Below are positions 57,600 through 64,000 of a DNA stretch of 64,000 bases, one piece after another. Source of the DNA: Cladosporium halotolerans (taxonomy: Eukaryota); NCBI RefSeq assembly GCF_011745625.1, contig NW_027191455.1, forward strand, positions 930,001 to 994,000, read 5' to 3'. The notes below the pieces were generated by a model. The model was not told where the DNA came from. It saw nothing but the letters and a program-made list of their open reading frames with translations, and made no database searches. Every line of letters begins with the position of its first letter. Position 1 is the first letter of the stretch. The position numbers and the translations under genes are program-made.

Positions 57600-59105
57600 A
57601 TGCAAGCCCGTTTCCTTCCCCAACTCATCATTTCCGAGCACAGTCCTGCGAGCTCACCGGAGCCCAGTCCCATACCTGTGATCTACAATAGTGGTGGGGG
57701 ACCTGCGCCGGTCAAAGAGGGTTATGGGATAAGGAAGGCGAGGAGCATCGACCAGACACTGAACGATTCTGTTCAGCAGACCAGGATACCGAAGAAGAGC
57801 ACGATGACCGGAGCATCAAATGGTAAAGATGTCGGTGGACAACGAGACGACAGCTCTGAGAAAGCAAGGGGCATGACCCACGTGGCTTCACTCATGCAGC
57901 GCCCTCAGAGGGGATCAAATGTCAGTGGCATAAAGGCCGCGTTCGAGCGAACGAATCGCAAAGCTACACCAAGCTCCTCGAAGATCTCACAAAGCCCCCC
58001 GAAGCGAAGAGAGTTGATATCGGAGGAAGAGCTTTCCTGTTTGAAGCAAGAATTGGAGAAAGAGAGAGCACAACGCGTGGAGCTAGAGGGGCAATGCGCA
58101 AATCTGGACAACAAAGCACACTATTTGCAGGAGCAGCTAGCGCAGAAAGACGATTTCTGGCGGGAAGAAGTCGCGAGGAAGATCCAGGAAGCCAGGCAGG
58201 ACAATCGGGGACCTCCACAAGAGCTGCATAGCTACCGCACTCGAGCTCGAATCGGTGAGACGCAGTCGAATGGACTGCAGCGGCAGTTGACGGATCTTAA
58301 GCGAAGTATCTCCAAGTCAACAAGGGTGGAGACGATGGTCACGTCGGACTCGACCTTCAAGCAGGAGATGATCTCGCTCGCGCACGAAATGCAGAACTGG
58401 ACCGTCAACAACTATCGTAGGGCGAAGATCAATGCCTCCGCTCAGGAACTTTCCTCCAAGCTCTGTGGTCTTGTCAACAATCGGCAGCTCGAGCGTCTTG
58501 AGCCATTGTGGGCAGGGTGGAGACCGGAGAACAAGATATCAGTCCTTCAAGCGACCGTTGCTGCGATGGTCATGGACATTTTCGATGACCAGCTTCTGTT
58601 TGGAATGCCCCCACAGGCTGAGTGGGCGGCGTCTCTGCGAAAGACCGCATTTCAATTGTCAAAAGTACTCGAGCCCCAGCAATACAACAAGTGGCGCGCA
58701 ACGACATTTGACACAGTTCGGCAGGCGGGCGCTATGAGCGCAGCCGCAGATTCTGCAGCGAGGACTATGGCAGAGTACATCACGACGACACTCGACGCTT
58801 TGACCGTACAGCCAAACAGTGATGGGAAAATTTCTTCATTGCAACCTATCGTAAGGCGAGCTATTACCCTTGCGCACCTGTTCCGTGTGCAGAGAGCACG
58901 TTTCAACATCGAACTTCCCGTGCCTCTTCAAGCTTTTAATCCTGATATCATGGAAAACATCGCGTTCGACCGCGAGGCTGAAGATGGGAACGCCATTGAC
59001 TGTGCGACATTTCCCGCCGTGCTCAAGCTGGGTGATGAGCATGGTGAAAACGCGCAATGGCAGAATGTTATCCTCAAAGCCAATGTGGTGTGTGGCGAAA
59101 CTTGA
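57600..59105 (+). CDS. Coiled-coil protein with helical bundle and GrpE/MIEAP-like C-terminal beta head (hypothetical)
   Basis: About 500-aa open frame; heptads LKQELEKERAQRVELEGQCANLDNKAHYLQEQL; C-terminus FNPDIME...TFPAVLKLG...VILKANVVC. The fold call is inference. Confidence 0.85.
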   Translation: MQARFLPQLIISEHSPASSPEPSPIPVIYNSGGGPAPVKEGYGIRKARSIDQTLNDSVQQTRIPKKSTMTGASNGKDVGGQRDDSSEKARGMTHVASLMQRPQRGSNVSGIKAAFERTNRKATPSSSKISQSPPKRRELISEEELSCLKQELEKERAQRVELEGQCANLDNKAHYLQEQLAQKDDFWREEVARKIQEARQDNRGPPQELHSYRTRARIGETQSNGLQRQLTDLKRSISKSTRVETMVTSDSTFKQEMISLAHEMQNWTVNNYRRAKINASAQELSSKLCGLVNNRQLERLEPLWAGWRPENKISVLQATVAAMVMDIFDDQLLFGMPPQAEWAASLRKTAFQLSKVLEPQQYNKWRATTFDTVRQAGAMSAAADSAARTMAEYITTTLDALTVQPNSDGKISSLQPIVRRAITLAHLFRVQRARFNIELPVPLQAFNPDIMENIAFDREAEDGNAIDCATFPAVLKLGDEHGENAQWQNVILKANVVCGET

Positions 59106-59150
59106 GCCAGCTTTCTTATCAGCGAATACCGACCTCGCAATGGAACGAAC

Positions 59151-60481
59151 TCACATGGTGTTCTGTCTGTGGGCCGCTCTGACTCTGGCACCGCCAACCC
59201 TCTCCGCCGCCTTGTCTGGAGGGCTTTCTGCCAACCACGCCTCCAGGCCCCCGCTTCGCTCGTCGACAGTTTGAGCTCTGTTGCGGTCGTGCGGGCGACG
59301 ACTCTTCACGACTCGACCACCAATGAGGCGATGCTCCCACTGCAGTTCACGCGTGCAAAGAGCCTCGCGTCTCTCCAAAAGTGTTGCCGGGCTCGGAAGA
59401 AGGCAGGGGGTATGCACAGCGAAGTCTTTGGTTTTGACCATGGCGTTCGCATTCTCGGCATCCACCGACAATTCCGCACGATTCAGTCCTACTCCTTTCA
59501 CGGATCCTTCCAGCTGAGAAGAGGAGCCGGAGAAAACGCGAGGTACTTCGGCGCCAGCCCTTGGCTCTTTCGGACTCGCATTAGGCTCCGACGTGATGTC
59601 GTAGCTGAAGTCAGTCGGCGGTCTGCCGAAAGGGTGGTACCAGAAATCGTCATCTAGGCTCCGGAAGACATCGTCCAAGGTAGGCAGAAACCTTGTTGCG
59701 GTCCGAGGAAAAGCAGGAATCCCATTGCTATCGTAGACGATTGGGGGTAGAAGGATATCCGTATCTTCCGCGATATCGAGATCGGGGGGCGTTTCGCCGT
59801 CACGCCAGCATCCAAACTCAAATGCAGCGTCGAGGGCGTAGACTATCTCGTTGGCTTCCTCGCAGGCATTACGAAGCGAAACGAACGTGAAGCGAATATG
59901 ATCGATTCTGTTGCGCAGCGTCCAGCTGTTGTGCTCCGGCTTGAGGCGGTGCAGTCTATAGAACGGAGCGTGAACTTCGACTTCGTAGTGATTCAAGAAG
60001 TGACGGTAAAGTGTAACGTCGTTCTTGCTCGGATTATGAAGCGTGCTTGGATCTCTTGTTAGCCATCGAAATAGTTAAGAATATTCGCGAATTATGTGGT
60101 TACGCACTGAAGCACATCGCACCAGTCTTTCAGATTTGCGTAACGCTGCCGATCCGGCACAGACAGTTCAGGCAGCTCTTGCGCAGCGCGCTTGGCTTTT
60201 TCCAACTTCCCGTCGATGTGTGTGTTAATCAAATTGAGGATGTTCATGACCCTGTTGGTAAGCCACTCGATCCTCCGCATGAAGAGGCTGCTGAGGCGGC
60301 TGCTGTGAGGAAAGAGAAGTAGAGAGATTTCGTCGATCATTTGGAGGACACGCTGCAGCATGTCATGGCCGTTGGCATCGAGGCATCCGTGTTCGAGGTG
60401 CGCGTCGAGGAAGCGTAGGATGCCGGGGCGTGGGGCAACAGGAGGCATTTGGCCTGTCAGGGGTGGAGTGGGGAGCGACAT
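59151..60481 (-). CDS. Hypothetical protein, two exons
   Basis: ORFs 60092-60481 and 59151-59996 join in frame via a probable GTGCGT..AAG intron (~60055-60107); protein-like composition, no recognised domain. Confidence 0.65.
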
Positions 60482-60871
60482 TCTTTCCGCTGCTCCAGAG
60501 GGAGAAATGAGAATGAGGACTGTGCTGGTGAGAGTGGGGATGTGCGTGAATGAGATTGAAAATGCGAGGTGAAGGCAGTGAGGTCAGGTTGGCTGGGTGC
60601 GGAAGGCACGCCATGAGCAGCACTCGCGGAAGGAGCGACTCACCTAGCTTCACCCGCAGGCATCGCGGCCGCGATCCTGATTTCACTACACTTCGGTTCG
60701 CTACAATGTAGGCTTATAGCAGTAGCACGAATGGGGGCTGGACGTGATGCATCGAATGTCTGTTTACGTGAGTATGGTACATGCCGTAATCTCTAGAGGC
60801 GTCCGCCTGGACAGCGGAAACCTGGCAGTCCTCCCAACCTGCCCCTGTAATGCCGCTTGAACATTCATCAA

Positions 60872-61897
60872 TTAAAGGTTCGTCAGGTAGTCCTCGATCT
60901 CCTGAGGACTCAGCTTGCGGAAGCGCGGGCCCTGTGCGCCTTCTACGCCCTCGTAACCAAGAAGGTCATCCGCCGGAGGCCCGACAATACCTGTACATGC
61001 AATTAGTATTGTTCACGTCAAGTCCGAGGAAGGGGTCTGCGAGAGTTGTGTACTCACCAATTTCGACTGTGTCGCCATTCATCTCGCCCTCAATAGTTTC
61101 CTTCAGCGTCAGGAGCGCAATGTGAACCGCATCCTCCAGCTCGAGGCCCTCAGTGTACCTCTTCTCCAGGAAAGTCTTTGCGCTCGCCGCGCTCTTGCCG
61201 ATGGCTGTAGCTTTCCAAGGAAAGTAGCTGCCGCTAGGATCGACCTGGTAAAGACTAGGCCCACCCTTCATGATTCCGCCCGTCTTCCTTGTTTTCTTCA
61301 GCTTCTCACCGCCAATGCCAACTTCTTCCTCTGCTTCAACCTCTGCCTGCTCGGGCAGAACGCCGTCATCCCAGCCCGCCACGAGCAAGCTAACACCGTA
61401 CGGGCGCACACCACCACTCTGCGTCGCCTCCTGCATCACGCGCGCAACGTCCTGCACCAATATCCGTGTCGGGGGGTACTCATTGTATATGCGCTTGTAG
61501 CCGGTGTGCGAGACCTTGCGCGCCTTGTCGACCAGAACACGGTAGTCGGGGCCCATGCCGGAGTACACCATGCCGATGTTGGGCGTGATCAGGGAGACTT
61601 TCGAGGATGATGAGGCGTCGATGAGCGGTGTCGAGGACTTCTTCTCCGTGGCGAGGACGATGCCGTTGGCGGCTTTGATACCGAGAGAGGTTACACCTTG
61701 GTTGACTGCGTTGAGTGCATACTCTGGGATGAACGTTAGAAGCTATCGAGGATCACTCGAGAGGTTTGAGCCATACCGATCTGCACCAGCTTACCGCTGC
61801 CGACGAGTTAGCATTATCATTCATCAGACATGTCCGGGAAACTCCAAACGTACCTGGGCGAGAAGGTGGTGAGCGAGAATGAGTATCTGTCGGCCAT
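60872..61897 (-). CDS. PRE8: 20S proteasome subunit alpha-2
   Basis: [78 protein letters not shown], ..[17 protein letters not shown]; three introns. Confidence 0.98.
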
Positions 61898-64000
61898 GTT
61901 GGGCCTGCCGCTGCCGTCAAGAAGTGGAGATGATCAAATGAGGCTCGCGATTTAGTTCGTGATCTCGAATTTGGAGAATAGCTCGCTGGGGTGAGAGGGT
62001 GTAGTGCGACGGTTGGTGACGATGAGGTCGTTGTTGCGGCGTAGCTCACAGCCAGCTCCGTCAGGCAGCGCGAACGCGCGCCGCAAGCTCGGAGATTGAC
62101 AGCCTGAGGCACACAAGCAAGGCCGATGACTTCAACGAGGAACTCCAGCTCACGCTTATCATGACTGTACTTCAACTACAGGATATCCAATGTTGTGGAA
62201 TAGGCTCTGCAATTCGTCGACGCTTGAATCATCCGCACATTTTGATCGGCCAAAACAATCAGTTTGGAACACATCAGGCCTCACTTCTCAGGAGCATGAA
62301 TTTGACGCGCCGTGCTCTCCAGCACTCTGCCGACTTGTTTTCTGTTTATTTCCAGCGGACAAAATGAGATCGCGACAACACTTCGAACTAGGAAATGTGG
62401 AAAGATGCAACGCAGTACCTTACGGTCGAGAATTGACTCCTTTCCGTCAAAAATGATTCAGGACAGTACTGCCCTGGTCCTGCCTGACTACAATCACATG
62501 CCCCTCGCCCACTTTATCGTCCAGTTTAGTGCGGGCTTTGAGGCTTCCAGAGCTCATTCGTCCAGCGATCACCTGTCATCACTTGTCAACTCCGGCTCTC
62601 GCCTCCCCCTACCGCGCCAGAAGTGCAATTACTTTAGCAATGACAAGACTTCTCAAACCGCTGGTTTTGGCTCTCAGCGCTGTTTTGGTTTGGCTCTGCA
62701 AGCTCTGTATCCAATTGATAGATCCGTTCTGGCTGTGGGTGCAAAAAGGTAGACGCGAAGCATGAGTGGCAGAACTTCATATCTTGAGGATGCAGTACAA
62801 GTCGAGGAACACAGTAGAGAGTAGAGCGATGTCAGATATTCATGGTCTCTAACCATCGAGACAAGGGGAACGTCAGAGGCGCTCCAAATGCCGGGGTGCA
62901 CCGACTCAACACTCGGAGCATGCGTCTCTTGAGTCAAGTTGAGGGCCCGACTTAGGCACTATGGGATCTGTCGTGCCTGATGCTGATGATTAAATCTCTA
63001 GCCTTTCAAAAAGACCATTAGCGTGGACGCCACCTATTCGGTTGACATGTCGATTTTCCTGCACCGACCATTGTCCACCGCCTCAAGTGAACGATTCAAT
63101 ACCGAAGCGACACGTCGACACGTCGAGACGTGTTGACTGCTCACTGCACACTGCACAGTGCCCGGCCTCGTCAAAACAACAAGGACACAATGGTCTGTGC
63201 TTTTGTTGCTCATCGGCGCTCCTGGCAATGGAAAGCGACCCCACGATGTGTTGATCGAGCACTCTGGGGCTTCTGCGTATATTCCGGCGTATAGATTCAC
63301 GAAAGATGTCCTGTTTGTGTGTTTCTCATTTGCGTCATGTTTGTTCTAGACGTGCCTTTGGAACAATTTGATGGTCTGGAATCGCAAAAGCGGCTGATGA
63401 CGATACCAAGCGTGGCATCTCAGACAGTGATTTACAAGGCAGTTGAGAACTGCAGAGCCTTCACGCACCGTTGAACGAGCACTGTGCACCGCGTCATGAT
63501 GAAGCGACGTTTTTCACGCACTGTACTTGTCGCTAGTCGTGAAGTCGTAATGACACGGCCGATCGCAGGACTTGAAGATCTTCGCCCTCAAGAAATTCGA
63601 AACCACGGGTCAACGGAGAGGCTACCACCCAAGCAGTTTCAGCTCGCGTTCAAGCATCCCCAAGACTTTCCTTGTGTGACGCAGCAAATTTACCTGCGAG
63701 TGGACGCATTTGTGTCCCGCATTCCTACACCTTCATCGAAATCATTTTACAATAAAAGACACCTTTTGGAAGATGTCGTTCTGCCGAACCCTCCCGCACT
63801 CTCATCAAACCAGACCGTGGCTTGCCGCGCAATTCCCCAGGGGGCGCTAGAGTTCGGCGCGCGTCCGGCGCTCGCCGGCCAAAGCATCGTCGTGGCTAGA
63901 CAGTCTCAGGTACATCGATGGAATCGGTACGATGACTGGTAAACATGAAGGGGAAGATGGAGCTTGCGGGCGCTCAGAGGCCTACGCAAGATTCCCATTA

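Noticed and set aside
62000..64000. ORFs of 146 and 152 aa near the right end
   Set aside because: No motifs, codon bias or splice structure; treated as intergenic.

Overview
Eukaryotic, intron-containing, gene-dense region of a filamentous ascomycete. Short GT-AG introns with CTRAC branch sites and the gene content fit Pezizomycotina, plausibly a Dothideomycete (inference). About 22 protein-coding genes were reconstructed by hand, many of them split across the supplied ORF track. The left ~15 kb looks accessory: two head-to-head paralogous Zn2Cys6 transcription factors, an Mtr-like amino-acid permease, an orphan type-I membrane protein and a frameshifted ankyrin/C2H2 gene. The rest is mostly core genes (HMT1, PHO8, TRP2, cytochrome c, RPL3, SNU66, EAF3, a histidine phosphatase, PRE8) mixed with uncharacterised ones. 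The best candidate for an undescribed system is an atypical HSPA12-like Hsp70 transcribed divergently from a coiled-coil protein whose C-terminus resembles a GrpE/MIEAP-type head. Also notable are an intact 8-exon LaeA-like methyltransferase with degenerate SAM-binding motifs, long structured EAF3 introns, and recurring symmetric C-to-G skew switches. No tRNA, rRNA, CRISPR array or recognisable transposon was found. All homology calls are from motif recognition by eye; no searches were run.
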